64,000 nt of DNA, taken from positions 96,001-160,000 of IMG/VR virus record IMGVR_UViG_3300035498_000530. One strand, given 5' to 3'. Position 1 is the stretch's first letter; every line of letters starts with the position of its first letter. This DNA comes from a virus (Duplodnaviria > Caudoviricetes). Positions 1-15,000 of the stretch are shown one piece after another. Below the pieces are notes generated by a model, which was not told the DNA's origin, did not search any database, and was given only the letters and a program-made list of their open reading frames with translations. The translations under genes and the position numbers were made by a program.

Positions 1-3000
1 GTTAATAATGGTGGAATTTTCTTAGGCGATAATTCAGATGCCGAGAATCTTGAAGCCAGAATAAAAGCTGTTCTTGATTATGACTTAGAGAAGATGGCTA
101 AGGAAAATAAAAAGAAAGCTTTTAAGGATTATAAGGACGAATACAGAAATGATAATTTCATTGTAAAGCAAATCGATGAAATTATTCTCGATAGAGAAAA
201 GAAAGCAAGAAAGGAAGACTTCAATGTTGAAGGTACTTCTAGAGACGCTAATAGAGATTCAGTTCCTAAGGATAAGAAAGATCTTCTTAAGATGGCTGGA
301 GAAATTGTTAAGCAACCTTCAAAGTGGGTTGAGGATGTTTTAACAGCTACCGAGGGAAGAATATATAACTTATTCTTTGGTAAGCAACAGAAACTTGACG
401 AAACTGGTAAACCAATTGAAGGCCTTGGTGAAAGAATTGCTTACGAATTCAGACAAGTTTGGAATAAAGTAAGTGAAACTTTCCAAGAGAAATTCATTGA
501 TCCATTAAGAGAAAAACTGGGTTTAGATGAAGACGAATCCCTCTTCAGGGGAATCCTTCGCAAACTGGGACTTGAAGACGCTGTTTATGGCGAAGAAGGT
601 ATCTGGACTCAAACAAAAGAGCAGCTTCAGGCTGCTGGTAAATGGGTTATGGATCAGCTTGAAGGTACATATAAAGATATCAAGAAAGTTATAGATCCTA
701 ACGCAGATAAGAAGGGTGTCAGTGAAGAAACTCAGACAGCTACAACTGATGTAGAAAGTATCAAGAAAGAAATGGGTGATATTCAGGAGCAATATAATAC
801 TGCAAATGAAACTATCATTAATTCTATTCATGATATGGCTGAGAATAATGCTGAAAGATTCCAGCAGTTAGTTGATGAACTCTATGATGGTGAAAATGGT
901 GATCTTACTAAGGCTAAGAAAGCTCATAGTGCCGCTGTAACTGATATTAGTAAGTATGATAGTAAGACTATTGAAGCTCTTAAATCTAAGTATGCTGGTA
1001 CTGTAAAAGCTGGTAAGAATGGTAATGAAATCTTTGATTACAAGCAAATGATGGGTGCTTATAACTCATTATTATCTACAGACCAAAGTGATGAAGCAAA
1101 TGCTGTAAGACAGTGGTATTCTAATGTAATGGATACTAAGAAGCAAGTAAATATCCAGAAGAAGAATAAAGAAAATATGAAAAATCTTATGGATAATTAC
1201 CAAGCTTATCAGGCTTATGATGAAAAGGCTAATAATAGACGTAAGACTCTTGAGAATATTGAATCTTCTAAAGGTCTTAGACCAGAAGAAGCTGAAGAAC
1301 TTAAGAGACTTCAATCTCAGGCTTCTAAGAGCAAGGGATATGAAGCTGCTATAAGCAAACTTCGTTCTAATACTGATATTAGTTCTAAGATGGCTAAAGA
1401 ATCTGATGCTTTAAAGAATGACGATATCAAAGCTTTACTCGCTGAACTTCTTAAGTCAAGAAAGAAAGATGGTTCTTATGATGAGAATGCAATGAAGAAA
1501 TATCAGGATTCTGTAGAAAAGAACTCAAAGGCTCAAGAAGAAAAACTTGATAAAATCTTAGAGAATATTGATATTAATAAGAGCGGAATCAAGAATCAGA
1601 AGAAGAGATATAAGAGTGGTGCTATTGATAAGGAAACTTATGATAGTAGTGTTGAAGGTCTTAGAAAGCAGATAGATGATCTTACAGAGCAGTACAATAA
1701 TATGCTTAGTTCAAGCGGTGTAGCTGCGGTTAAGACAAAGAAAGATAAGAAAGCTGAATATGACAAGAAGTTAAAAGAACTTCAAGAAGCAGAAACTAAG
1801 AGAAAAATAGAAGCTAATATTGATAGAATCCAGAAAATGGGTGGAGAAGATTTCGAAAGATATGTTACTTCTATTAGAGCTATAAAGGGTTATGCTTCTA
1901 AAGTCGGTATAAAGTATGATGATAAAGACTTTGAGAATCCTGACTCTGCTCAGAGAGCAATTGAAAGAATTATCAAAGAATCTACTACAAAGATCGGCAA
2001 GAAGGGTATTACTCTTAATGATCATAATAAAGCTAAGCAAGTTGCTGAACAGGCTATATCTTCAAGAAATAATATAAAGCAAGATACTTCTGGTATTCAG
2101 AATATACTTGATGTACAGGGTATCTTTGAAAAGCTCGGTCTTAAAGATTCTGAAGAAGATGATGAAAAGACAGCAGAAAAGAAGAAATCTAATAGATCTT
2201 CATTAGCAGATCATATCTTTAATAATTTAGGTACGAATATAGCTGAAATCGGAGAGGACACTATATTCAACTTATTTAAAGGATTTAAGAAAGATGATTT
2301 CTTCACAGGTGAAGGTAAGAAAAAGAAGAAGCAAAAGGTTAATGGTTTTGATTGGGACTTTGTTAAAGATATTCAAGAGAAATTCAAACCTGCAGAGCCA
2401 GAATCACATGCAAATGGTGGTGTGATTGGTGGTAAAGTTCTTGCTACTCTCTCCAAAGGCGAAAGAGTTCAGTATGGTAATTCTAAATCTGTTGTAAAAG
2501 ATACGGGATTATATGCTCTTAAACCAGGCGGAGTAGTTCATCCTAATGCTGATAAGAATCAGAGAAATTCTAATCTTAAGAAAGAGAATAGTCTTATTTC
2601 TGCTATTAAGAGATATGCTTTCGGCGGTCCTATAGAAGATGATTCTATCAATAATGATAAGACTGATTCATTGCTTGAACAACAATTTGAGTTAGAAAGA
2701 GCTGCTAAGGAAGAAAAAGAAGAACGTAAGAAATTCAAATCCAAAGTCAATCCAGATGACACTCTTGTTGGTCAGACTATTGACACTGCTAGACAAGGTA
2801 TAGATGCTGTATTTAATGCTTTATTTGATCCAGGTGATGATAAGAGACTTAAAGAAGCATCAGCTGATGTTTTTGAAAATATCAGAGAATATGCTCCTAG
2901 TGGATTAGCTGGTGGTATTATTGGTGGTGGTATTGGTCTTCTTGTTGGTGGTCCATTACTTGCTGCTGCCGGTGGTGCTGCTATAGGTATTGCTAAGAGA

Positions 3001-6000
3001 TCTGATAAAGTTAAGAATTGGCTCTTTGGTGAAATTGGAGATGATGGAGAGCGTTCTGGTGGTGTTATCTCTAAAGACACACAACAGACTTTGAAGAAAT
3101 ATGTTCCAGATATTTCTAAATATGGTGTAACTGGTGCTATTGCTGGTTTATTAACTCCATTTGGTCCTGTTGGTGGTCTTATGATTGGTTCTGCTGTTGC
3201 ATGGGCTAAGAATAATGATGAAATAAGAAATTCACTCTTTGGAGATACAGATGGTCTTCTTAATAAAGAACGCCGTGAAAAAATTAAGAAAGCATTCCCT
3301 AATATTGCTCTTGCTACACTTGGTTTTGTAATTGGTGGTCCATTTGGTGGTATACTTCCTAATGCTGTACTTGGTGCTGGTTTAGGTTTGGTATCTACTA
3401 CAGATCAGTTTAAAGAAGCTATATTTGGTAAAGAAGATGAGAATGGTGAGAGGCAAGGTGGTCTTTTAGGTGTTCTTAAAGATAATGTAATTGAACCTCT
3501 TAAGGATTTCGCTGCAAATCTTAAAGATGATGTTACAGATTTCGTTATAGAGCATATGATAGATCCTTTGAAACAGGCTATTCAACCTATAGCAAAACAG
3601 GCTGCTGTTATTACAAAGACTGTATTTAGTTCTATGGGTAGAGCTATTGGTTGGATTTATGATAAGACCCTTGCAAGTCCTATAGGTGTTTTTGTTAAAG
3701 AAAAGATTATAGATCCAGCATCTAATATAGTAAAGAAATTATTCAATGCTGCTATAGCTCCTGCGAAATTTGTATTAAGTGCTCCTTCAAAAGCTATCGG
3801 ATTTATCGGTGATAAACTTAGAAATCGTCAGATTAATAAGGGTAATGCTGATTATATGACGGCTTCAGAGCGTCTTGAATACAGAGATAGGAAACCAAGA
3901 AGAAATAAAGGTCTCTTTGGAAAAGCTGATAAGTATGAACAAGTAGATCAGATGCTTGCTGATGCTGATGTTGAACAGCTTGAAAGTATCAAGAAGAATA
4001 TTGAATATTCTCAAATGGGTGATAAACAGCTTAAGAAGAAGCAAAGAGAATTTAAGAAAGATATATTCAATGATGTCAATGAATACTTTGATGATAAGCA
4101 TGAGTTTGCTATTGGTACGAAACAGAGAAGCAAACTTGTTAGACTTATTCAGAAAGGCGATTCTGCAAAGGCTATCAAATTACTTGGAACTTTCAAAGGT
4201 AAAGACGGTCAGAAGTTGGATAGAAGTGAAATTGAGAATCTTGTAGGTAAGTTTAAAGAATCTGGTAAAGCCATGAAAAACCTCAAAGCCAACAGAGAAA
4301 GTTGGGGACAGATGAGGAAAGAAGGTAAGCAGAATCTTAAAGCACTTGGTGTAAAAGACTTTAGTGGAGATTACCTTGATAAGCTTTTATCATATACTAA
4401 GACAGAACTCAAAGACAGAAAAGAGAATGGCGGAGTAGAAGAAGCTACAGGAAAAGGAACTTTGACAGGAAAGTTCTTTGAAGATGTAACTTCAAAGAAT
4501 ACAGATAGAGTTATAGAGTCTATTAATAACCTTACTGAGAAGATGGAATACTTCACAGAACATTGGGAAGAAGGTTATGTAGATTCTGGTAATAAGCTTG
4601 TTGATGCTAAGAATCGTGCTGCTCTTAAGAGATTTGATAAGATGAATATTAAAGCTGAAGATAAGCTTATGGGTAAACTCCAGAAGTATGAAGATACTGT
4701 AACTGAAGTTCTTAAGAATACAGTTGGATTGTCTGATAAAGAAATAGCAAGTCTTGATAGAGATGCTTTAACAAATGGTACATTGATTAAGTTTGTTAAA
4801 CCATTCATTCTTGATGGCACTGCTGCTCGTAATAAACCTATGATAACTTATCTTTTCTCTAAAGAAGGTAAGAAAATTCATGAGAATAAAACTAACTATG
4901 CTAGAGCTAAGGGTATGCTTAAGAAGGATGCTTATACTAGCGTTGGTGATCTTGAAAATGCTCTTAAACTTACAGACAATCAATTTAATAGATTCTATGG
5001 TATGATGGATAAAACCAATCTTTATGCTACAGATTCAAATAAAAAGATGAATGATGCATATGAAAAGAAGATTGGTAGAGCATTAACCAAAGAAGATAAG
5101 AGATCTAAAGACTATGATGAATTCACAAATAGATTTAGATCAGAACAGACTTATACTGATCTTGCTGGAAAGATAGCAATGAACAGAGACTACAATGGCG
5201 CTGCTGATGATTCTTGGAAGAAGTTTGGTAAAGACGTTCCTACTGTACCAAGAATGTTTGAGCATGCTGATCGTGCTGTAGAAGCTGCTGTTGTTAAACC
5301 AGTTAAAGGTATCGGTAAAGCATTAGGTGGTATTAGTAATGCGCTTTTTGGAAAGAAGAGTGAAGACAGAGGATCTATTGTATCTGGAGATCCTAAATTC
5401 TTCAAGAGACTTCAAGAAGCTGGTATTATTAAAGACTACAATGATCATAATGTTCATGAACTTCTTAACTTTAAGAAGAATAAGAAGAAATGGTTAAAGA
5501 AAGCTGATGCTGTTATCGGAGGTAAAATGTCTCTTGAAGATGCACTTAAGGGTGCTATTGAGAGAAAAGCTGAAGGTGGTATCATTGGTGATGAGACATA
5601 TGGTGTATTCTCTCCAGAAGATAAACCGTATGCAACAAAACAGAATATACAAGCTTTCCAAGATGGTATATTATCTCAGATTGCTAAATTTGATGATATT
5701 AAGAAATATGCTGAAGGTGGTACTGTCGAAGGTATTATCGAAGGAGCATCATCTGATGAAAAGAAATCAGATAAAGAGAAAACTGGTATTCTGAATGATT
5801 TGTTAAGTAAAGTCAAAGGATTTAATATTGGCGGAAAGAAGAAATCTTCTGAAGAAGAAAAAGAAAAGAAACCTAAAGCTAAATCTTATGTTCAGACTGT
5901 ATTTGACTCAATGGGTAGAGCTAAGAATTACTTCATAAAGAAACCTGCAGCAGATGATAAAGCTCCTGATGTAGATCTTATGAAAGATTCAGCTACTAAC

Positions 6001-9000
6001 GAGACTCTTAAAGAGGAAGAAGCAGAGCAGAACGAATCAAGAGGATTATTTAGCCGTCTTGGTGATAGACTTAGTGGTATCGGCGATTGGCTTAAAGCTG
6101 CTATATTACCAGAAGACGCTGAGGATAAATATGCTGGATTGAAGAGCTTCTTGCTTAAAGCATTCCTTGGTGCTACTGCACTTGGTGCTTTGCCTCACTT
6201 ATATAATCTTTACAAAGATAAAGTAGTTCCAGCTGTACAAGGCTTGTATCAGAATGTAATGGTTCCTTTCTATGAAGATAAGATTAAACCATTCTGGAAT
6301 GAACATGTTACACCATGGTTTAAAGAAAAAGTTGATACTGTTATAGATAAGCTTCACAATATTTGGGAAGGTATTAAAGCTGTACCAAGAACTATTTTAG
6401 ATTTCTTTAGTAATGGATTCCTTCCATGGTTTACAGGTAATAATGGTAATTCTGAATACGTAATGGTCGGCGATAAATTAAAACTTATGACATTCCCATA
6501 TATCATAAGAAAGAAAATTATCCCATATTATGTAGGTGGTTTCTCATTCCTTATTAAAAATGTAATACCTGCTGTATGGTCTGTGGCTAAACAGGTTCTT
6601 CCTGATATGCTTAATGCAGCATTCCAGGGATTTAGAAACCTTATGGCTATAGACTTGACAGATGTATTCTCTACAAAGAGTGCTAAGAAACATAGCACTA
6701 TGGATAAAGAGAATAATACAGAAAATCAAGGTAAAGCCGATGATAATGATAAATTATTCTATTTTGGAAATTTCTCTAAAGAATATGAAAGTGATTTCGG
6801 ATCATCATCTGATAAAACAAAAGTTCTTGAGAAGAATAAAAAGGGTAGTACATTATCATCTTCTAGTCTTTTTGATGATATCCATGCATCTGTAGATGTC
6901 AATAATAGTGGCGGAGGATCAACTAGTTATGATTCTAGCAGTTCTAGTTATGATTCTGGTGGTACTGGCTCTGGTGAAGGCGAAGGAGATACAGATTTTG
7001 TTCCAGAAGGAATGACTAAAGAAGAGTATGAGGCTGAAATTGCAGAAAATGCAAAGTTTAAGAAAGATACTCATAAAACTCTTGGTGGAACAATATTATA
7101 TGGCTTATTTAGAAACTTTATGACCGGCGGTTTGTATGGCGCTGGAGCTAGTAAAGTATTAAAGCCTGTTAGTAATCTTCTTGGAAAAATTCCTGGTGTT
7201 GGTACATTTGTATCTGGTGGTGTTAATAAGAGTCTTGATGCCTTCGATGCAGTTGGTAATGCTGGAAAGAAAACACAAGATAAAATAAAAGAATGGATTA
7301 CTGGTAAAGCTGAAAAGAATGTAGAAAAAGAAGCTGCTGAAGGAGCATCTAAAGAATCCGCTGAACAGGCTGCTAAAGAAGCCGCAGAAAAAGCTGCCAA
7401 AGAAGCAGAAGAAAAAGCTGCCAAAGAATCTGCTGAAAAAGCATCTAAAGAAGCCGCAGAAAAAGCTGCCAAAGAATATGCAGAAAAGACAGCCAAAGAA
7501 GCCGCAGGAAAAACTGCTAAAGAAGAGGCAGAGAGTGCTGCTAAAAAAGCATCAACAAAGGCGGCAAAGGAAGCTGCAGAGAAGGCTGCTGAAGCTAAAG
7601 CATTAGCTGGTGCTGGTAAAGAAGCTGCAGAGAAAGCTTCTGAAAATGCATTAAATGAATCTATAGAGTCTACTGCTAAATTAGCTTCTGAAAGAGTTAA
7701 AACTGCATATAGTAGAATGGATACATGGACATATGAATATTTTTCTAAGAATGGATATGGATTTAGCGATTATATACTTGCTAATGGATTGGCAGATAGT
7801 GATGAAAGAAATAAGATGTTTGCTAATCTTTATAGTAGTAGCGAAGATTTTAGAAATGCATTAGAAAAATCATATGGTGATGATGAAATTTTCAAAAACT
7901 ATATTGGTGATTTGAAAAATTCTGTATCTAAAAATTCTGATAAAGCTGTAAACAAAGTATCCAGCGAAGTTATAGATGATGCTGCTAAAAAAGCGTATGA
8001 TGATGTAATAAGTCAGAGCAAATCTTTACTCTCCGACACATTCAAAAATAGTGTTTCTGGAGATGCTGAGACAGCATTTGGTGATTATGTTCTTTCAAAT
8101 GGATTAGGTTCTACTCCAGAATCAAGAGCTAGTTTCTTTAATCTTTATAATAATAGTGAAGATTTTAGAAAGACATTAGAGAAGACATATGGAGATTCAA
8201 AATCATATAAAGATTTTATAGCACCATATGAAACTCATAGAGTCAAACTTCAAAATCAATTAGACGAAGTTGCAAAACAGAGAGAGATTATTAATGCAAC
8301 TAAAGAAAAAGCTCAAAAAGAAGTAGAATATCAGAGAATGAGAGAAGCAGCAGAAGCTGCAAAGAAAAAAGCAGAAGGTGCTGAAAAGTCAGTTTGGGGA
8401 GTATATAAAGAATCAGCTGAAGGAGCTGCTAAAGAAACAGCAGAAACTGCAGCTAAAGAAACAGCAGAAACTACAGCTAAAGAAACAGCCGAAGCTGCAG
8501 CTAAAGAAGCTGCTGAAGATATTGGAAAAAATAAAGGATTACTTGGTGCTGTTTCAGATAAAGTCAAAGGAAGTTTTGGTCAAATTGGTAAAGATATCAA
8601 AGGAAGTTTCACTCAAACATTTGAAGATATCAAGGGAATTGGAACTAAAACTAAAGGGGCTGCTGAGTCTGTACTTGGATTTGGAAAAGAAACAGCTGGA
8701 GCTATAGGAGAAGCAGGATCAGAGTTTGGAAGATCTATTAAAGGTGCTGCTAGCGATGTAGCAGGAGATGTTACAAGAATAGGCCAATCTGTTAAAGAAT
8801 TTGGAACTGGTGCTAAAAATACCGTTGAAGCTTTCGGTAAAGCTGTAAAAGGTAATAATGCTGTAGGTGAAGCCACATATGCAGCTAGACAAAAGTTAAG
8901 AGAGATAGATCCCAATCTACTTAAGAGTCTTAATGGTGATGAACTTAAAGATGCTATAACTTTAATGAACCAAAGAGATGTCGAGAAACTTACTGAGCTT

Positions 9001-12000
9001 GTTGAAAGTAAAGGACTTAGCGTATCTAAGGATAATCTTTCTAATATAATGACTAAAGGTAATACTATAGATAAACTTTGGACTAGCAAAAGATTCGATA
9101 AGAATGCTTCTAAACTTAATAATATTATTACTAATATGGAAGAAGGACAATCATCTGATCTTATGTCATCTATTTATGGTGCATTTAAAGATGATAAAGA
9201 GGGACTTTCAAAGATATTGAAAGATAGTGGATTAGATGATAAATCAGCTGGTATTATTTTAAATGCTCAAGAATCAAAAGTTACAAAGAAACTTGGCCAA
9301 GGATTTGGTACTCAATCTGCGAAAGGAGATCTCTTAGAGAGTGTAATGACTAATTTAAGAGATGATCCTGATACCCTTAAAGAAATCCTTGGTAATAGTG
9401 GTCTTGATGATAAGCAAATAAATAAAATTCTTGATACAAGATCAATTACTCAGAAAGCTAAAGATGCTGTAACTGGTGGCATAGAAACTATTGGCAATAA
9501 GGCTAAATCTGGTGCTGAGTTTGTAGGAAACAAAGTTAAAGGTGGAGCTGAATGGGTTGGCAATAAGGCTAAATCTGGTGCTGAGTTTGTAGGAAACAAA
9601 GTTAAAGGTGGAGCTGAATGGGTTGGCAATAAGGCTAAATCTGGTGCTGAGTTTGTAGGAAACAAAGTTAAAGGTGGAGCTGAATGGGTTGGCAATAAGG
9701 CTAAAGACGGATTGTCAATTGTAAAAGATCAGTTAGAAACAATTGGTACTAATATTAAAAGTGCTCTTGAACCTGTAAGTAAAACTGTAAAAGAAGCTTT
9801 TGAAAAAGTTAGTACAAATGTTAAAAATATTACTGAAACAGTTTCAAAAACAGCAAAAGATGCTTTTGAAAAACTCGGTAAAAATGTTAAAAATATTACT
9901 GAAACTGTATCTAAAGCTACAAAAGAAACTTTAGAAAAAGCTAGTAAAAGTATAAAGTCTGGTGCTGAGATTGCTGGAAACTTCATAAAAGAAAAAGCTG
10001 GAAATATAAAGGCTGGAGCAGAAGCAATAGGATCTAAAGTAAAATCTGGTGCTGAAGCTGCTGGTAAAGCTATAAAAGAAGGAGCAGAGAAAGCAAAAGC
10101 TGGAGTTAATGCTGTAAAAGAAAAAGCTGGAAAAATTGCAGAAGATGTTGCTAATTCTGATGCAGTAAAGGCTATGAAAAATGCAGCAGAAAATGTACAA
10201 GATTTAGCAGCTGGTACAAAAGATATGATAAGTGGTATATCAGAAGATATGAAATCAGTTGCTAAAGATAGTAAATCTGTTGTAGAAGAAGCTACCAAGA
10301 GTACAAATATTGTAGAAGGGGCTTCAGACGTTATAAATACAACAACTAAAAATATTGATGACGTCACAAAAGTAGCAGCAGAAAATGCATCTGAAATAGC
10401 TAGTGCTGCAACTAGTGAAGTTGATGATGTAATAAAGAATGCTGCTGAGAATGCTCCAGAAACTGCGGCAAATGCAGCTAAAAACAATGCTGATGATGTT
10501 GTTAAGAATGCTACAAAAGAAGCTGATGATGTAGCAAAAGCAGCAAAAGGAAAAACAGATGATATCATAAAAGGTGCTACTGAAGGTGCTGATGATGTAG
10601 TCAAAGCAGCCAAAGGTCAAACTGATGATATTGTGAAGACAGCTGCTGAAAATGCTGATGATATTGCTAAAGCTGCAAAAGGACAAACTGATAATATCTT
10701 GAAGGGTGCTGAATCTACTATTACTAGTGGTGCAGAAAGTGCATTAGATGTAGCGAAGAGTCAAATGGATAACGCTGCAGAAGCAATAGCTGGATCAAGT
10801 GCTACTGATGTATTAAAAGATGCAGCTAGTGCTGCAGAAGCAGCTGCATCTAATTCAAAGAGTTTATTGGATGATGTTGCTAAGGGTGCAGTTGATATAG
10901 TTGAAAACGCTAATATAGGTACTGAAGTTGCTAATGTTGCTAAAGAAGCATTAGAATCAGGTAGTAAAGAAACTGTAGAAGCAGCTGCAAAAGAAGCTGT
11001 TGAGCATGGAACAGAAGAGTTGATTGAAACTGGATCTGGTGGTGTTATAAAGAAATTTATGACATTCATTAAAGATGGTTTTGCTAAACTTGCAAAAAAT
11101 CCAAAAGTTGCCAAAGCACTTGGTAAAGAGGGTGCTGAAGGTATGGAGAAATTTGCTGAAGCTGCAGCCAAAGAAGCAGCTGAACAAGGCTCAAAGCAAT
11201 TAACTAAAGAAGCAGAAAAGAAGTTAAGTGTAAAAATGGCTACTTGGCTTGCATCTGGTGGTCTTATTAACTTAGGTTTTGCTGTTGTCGACTTCCTTAA
11301 TGGTTATAATGATGCTGCTGCAATTCTTGGTATTGATAAACCTGATGTAGTATCTAAGGTATTGGCTGGTACTTATAATGCTGCTAAGAACTTCTTCATG
11401 CTTACTGCATTGATACCAGACAGCGTAGTATTTACGCTTTTACAGGACTATCTTTGTCCTGCATTTGGTATAGATACAACAGAATGGCAAAATGCTCAAG
11501 ATAGTGCAGAACAAGATTGGCTTAATTATAATCATAAAATGGGATTCTCTCATACAGAAACAAATGAAAACGGTGAAGAAGAAGAAGTAATTGATAATGA
11601 AGAAGGATACCTTAGTAAAGAGGATTATCTTAGAAAGAAAAATGATAATGCTTGGAACAAAGGCAAACGTGCATTATCAGAAACAGTTGGTAAAGTAACA
11701 AGTAAAGTTGCTGATACATATAAAAATAATGCTAAAGGCGCTGCTATTGGTGCTGGTGTTGGTGCTATAGCTGGTGGTGCAATTGGTGCTGCTCTTGGTG
11801 GTCCTTTGGGTGCCGCTATTGGTGGAGCTGCTGGTGCTGCTCTTGGTTCTCTTGGTGGTGCATTTATATCAGATTTCTGTAAAAAGAATGAAGGTGTTCC
11901 TTATTATCCAGTAAATGGTAATGGTTCATACTATCTTGTAACCAATGGTAAAGTAGAGCAATATAGTTCTACAGGTGAAAAGATTGAAGGACTTCCAGAA

Positions 12001-15000
12001 GTAACTCCAGAAGAACTTCTCCAAATGGAAACAAATGGTGAAGTTACAGCTGGTGCAACAATTGTAAAAGAAAGTAAAGCTGCTTCTTTAAGTACTAAAT
12101 TTGCTGAATTTACAGAAAAGCATAAGGCTTTATGGACTGCTGCTTCTGTAGCTATTGGTATAGCAAATCCTGCTCTTGGTGCTGCGATGCTTGCTGCTCC
12201 TAAAGTTATAAAAGCATTTAAATCTAAGAGTGGATATCCATACTATCTTAGTGATGGTACTTACTTTGTTCAAGATGGAGAAACTGTAAGATATTTTTCA
12301 TCTGCTGGTGAAGAAATAGAAGGATTCAACTTTAGAAAAGAAATTATGGATAATGGTTGGATTGAGAATGCTGATTCTACACAGTTAGGTAAAATGTCTG
12401 ATGGTGAACTTCTTGGTATACTTATTAAGAGTGGTGCTGTTAAACAAGGTGACAAAGTAATTAAATTTGAGAAATCCACTGTTGGTAAAGCATTTGATAA
12501 AGTAGCTGAAGCCGGTAAGAAATACTGGAATAAGCTTATGGAATTTGAGGATAAGCATCCTTTATTAGCTGCTGCAATTAATACACTCAATCCTACTGTT
12601 GGTATACTTCGTGCAGTTACTGCATTCAAAGCTAAGAAAGGATATCCATATTATATAAGTGAATTACAAGATGGTGAATACTTTGTTCTTGATGGAGATA
12701 AAGTTAGATATTTCTCAGCTACCGGTGAAGAAGTAGAAGACTTTAACTTCAGAGAATGGGCTTTGGAAAATTATGAAGATGCAAGCTCAGATGGAAATCT
12801 TAAAAAGAAATTATCAAGCATGACAGAAGAAGAAATCTTGATGAGTATGGCTAATACTGGTCAGCTTACTAGAGGTGATAAGAAAGTAACTATAGAAAAA
12901 TCTAGGGTTGCTAAGTCATGGGATAAGATAAAAGATACTATTAAAAAAGCATGGGATGTGGCAAATAAAACTGCTGAAATGACTGATGAGGAATTTAATA
13001 AATATATTAAAGATAAAGGACTTGGTGGTCAGATAGCAGCTGTTGGCTTAAGATGCTTTGGTAAAATTAAAAATGGTCTTAAGAATTTCTTTACATCTGA
13101 TAAGGAAGACGGATTTATCAATGTTCAAGATGGTACAGGATATATTATTAAAGATGATGGTACTGTAGAAGTATATAGTAAATCCGGTGAAAAGATGGGT
13201 GATGTTACTCTTACTGAAGATGAAATATATGATATGAGAACATCTGGTCTTGTTACAGTAGGAAAAGTTACAACAAGAGAATCTGGTCTTGGTAAGCTTT
13301 GGGGCAAAGTTACAGAAAAGGTTGGAGAACTGTGGAATGATGCCAAAGATTATGTATCAAAAACATATGAAGAATATGGTGTAATTGGTGGCACCATGAA
13401 GATATATAAAGATGCACGTAAAAAGTTCTTCCAAGGTGCATTCGGTATTGATGAAACATTAAAGGCCGGAGAATGCTTTGTTGCTATGGATGGTACATTC
13501 TATGCTGAAGATGATACTCCTGGTAATTGGAGTCATTATGATTTAAATGGTCGTAAAGTTGGAGTCAAAACATATACTCAAGAAGAAATCAATGGAATGA
13601 TTAGCCAGGGTTTGCTTACAAAGAGTACTGAAAAGAAAACAATTAAAAAAGATTCAAACTTTATGGCTGTTGCAAAGAAGCTTACCTTAAAACTTGCAGA
13701 CGCATGGGATGCTGGTAAAGAGCACCTTTCAGCAATGCTTAAGGATACAGAACTTGGATATTTCTTACAAGAAGCAAAGAAAGGTATTACTGGCTGGTTT
13801 GGTACTCATACAGTTGATGGCGCATATGTAGCTCCTGACGGTTCATATTATGTTGAACTTGAAAGTGGTGTAGTAGAATACTACAATATACAAGGTAATA
13901 AATTAAAGAACTTAACAAAAGAAGAATTTAGTAGTATGAAGGGACTACTTCAGTATATGACTCCAGAAGAGGCCAAAGAAGCTGGTTTTACTTCAGCTAT
14001 GACTCAAGATGCAGCAGGAGCATCAATGTGGGGAGAACTTGGAACTAGAATCAGAGGAACATTCGAGAAAGGTTTCAAAAAAGCATATGAATTTTTTGAT
14101 AATCTTGGTGAAGGTATATCTGATTGGGCTATAAATCTTAGTGAATCTCTTAGTATTGCTGGTGATAGTGCTTGGGTTACTACATATGGTGACTATTACA
14201 TGAAAGGTTCTAGTGGCGAATGGATACGTTATAATGTAACTGGTAGTGTTATAGAAAAAGGTGTAGATGCTGGGGTTGTAGAGAAAATGATAGAGCGTGG
14301 TGCCCTTACAGAAAAAAAGGATGTTCACCCTATCAAAGATGCAATTGGTGGATTCTGGGACGATCTTACTACTAATGTAGCAGATTGGATGGAAGGAATT
14401 GCAACTGCTGCTAAAGAGGCATGGAAAACTGCAGTAGATGGAATAACAGCTTGGTTTAAAAATACATTCCAATCAAAATCTGATAGAATTAATGAATCTG
14501 TTGTTGCTGCAAATCTTAAAGGAACTTATATAGATGCTACAGGTGTATTGTACAAGCCAGGTAGTAATGGTAATTTCACTATGTATAATGCTGTAGGTGC
14601 AAATATTGGTACTTGTACAGCTAATGATATGGCTGATAAACTTACTAGTGGACAGCTTACAGAAGCCAAGTCAACAGATACGGTAGAAAGCAGAAAGAAA
14701 ACAGCACAAGATAATGCAACTAAAGCTGCAACAGATACTGCAGGTAGTTTTAATAGTACTGCTACAGAAACATCAACTGGTACTGGTAATATTTTCAGTA
14801 AAATGAAAACAAAATTTAAATCATTATTTGGCTCAGGAAAAGGTGATTCTACTTATAATATTACATATCAATATGGTACTGGTAATCCTAGAATACGTTA
14901 TGGAAAAGCTAAATATGGTATGGGAGCTAGTGCTAGAGTTGCAGGAGAAGCTCCAGATGATGTAGCTGGTGAAATTGGAAATGTTGAAGTTGTAGCAGCA

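Noticed and set aside
9491-9705. Perfect direct repeats as a CRISPR array
   Set aside because: Units are contiguous with no spacers, are a multiple of 3 and lie in frame within a coding gene.
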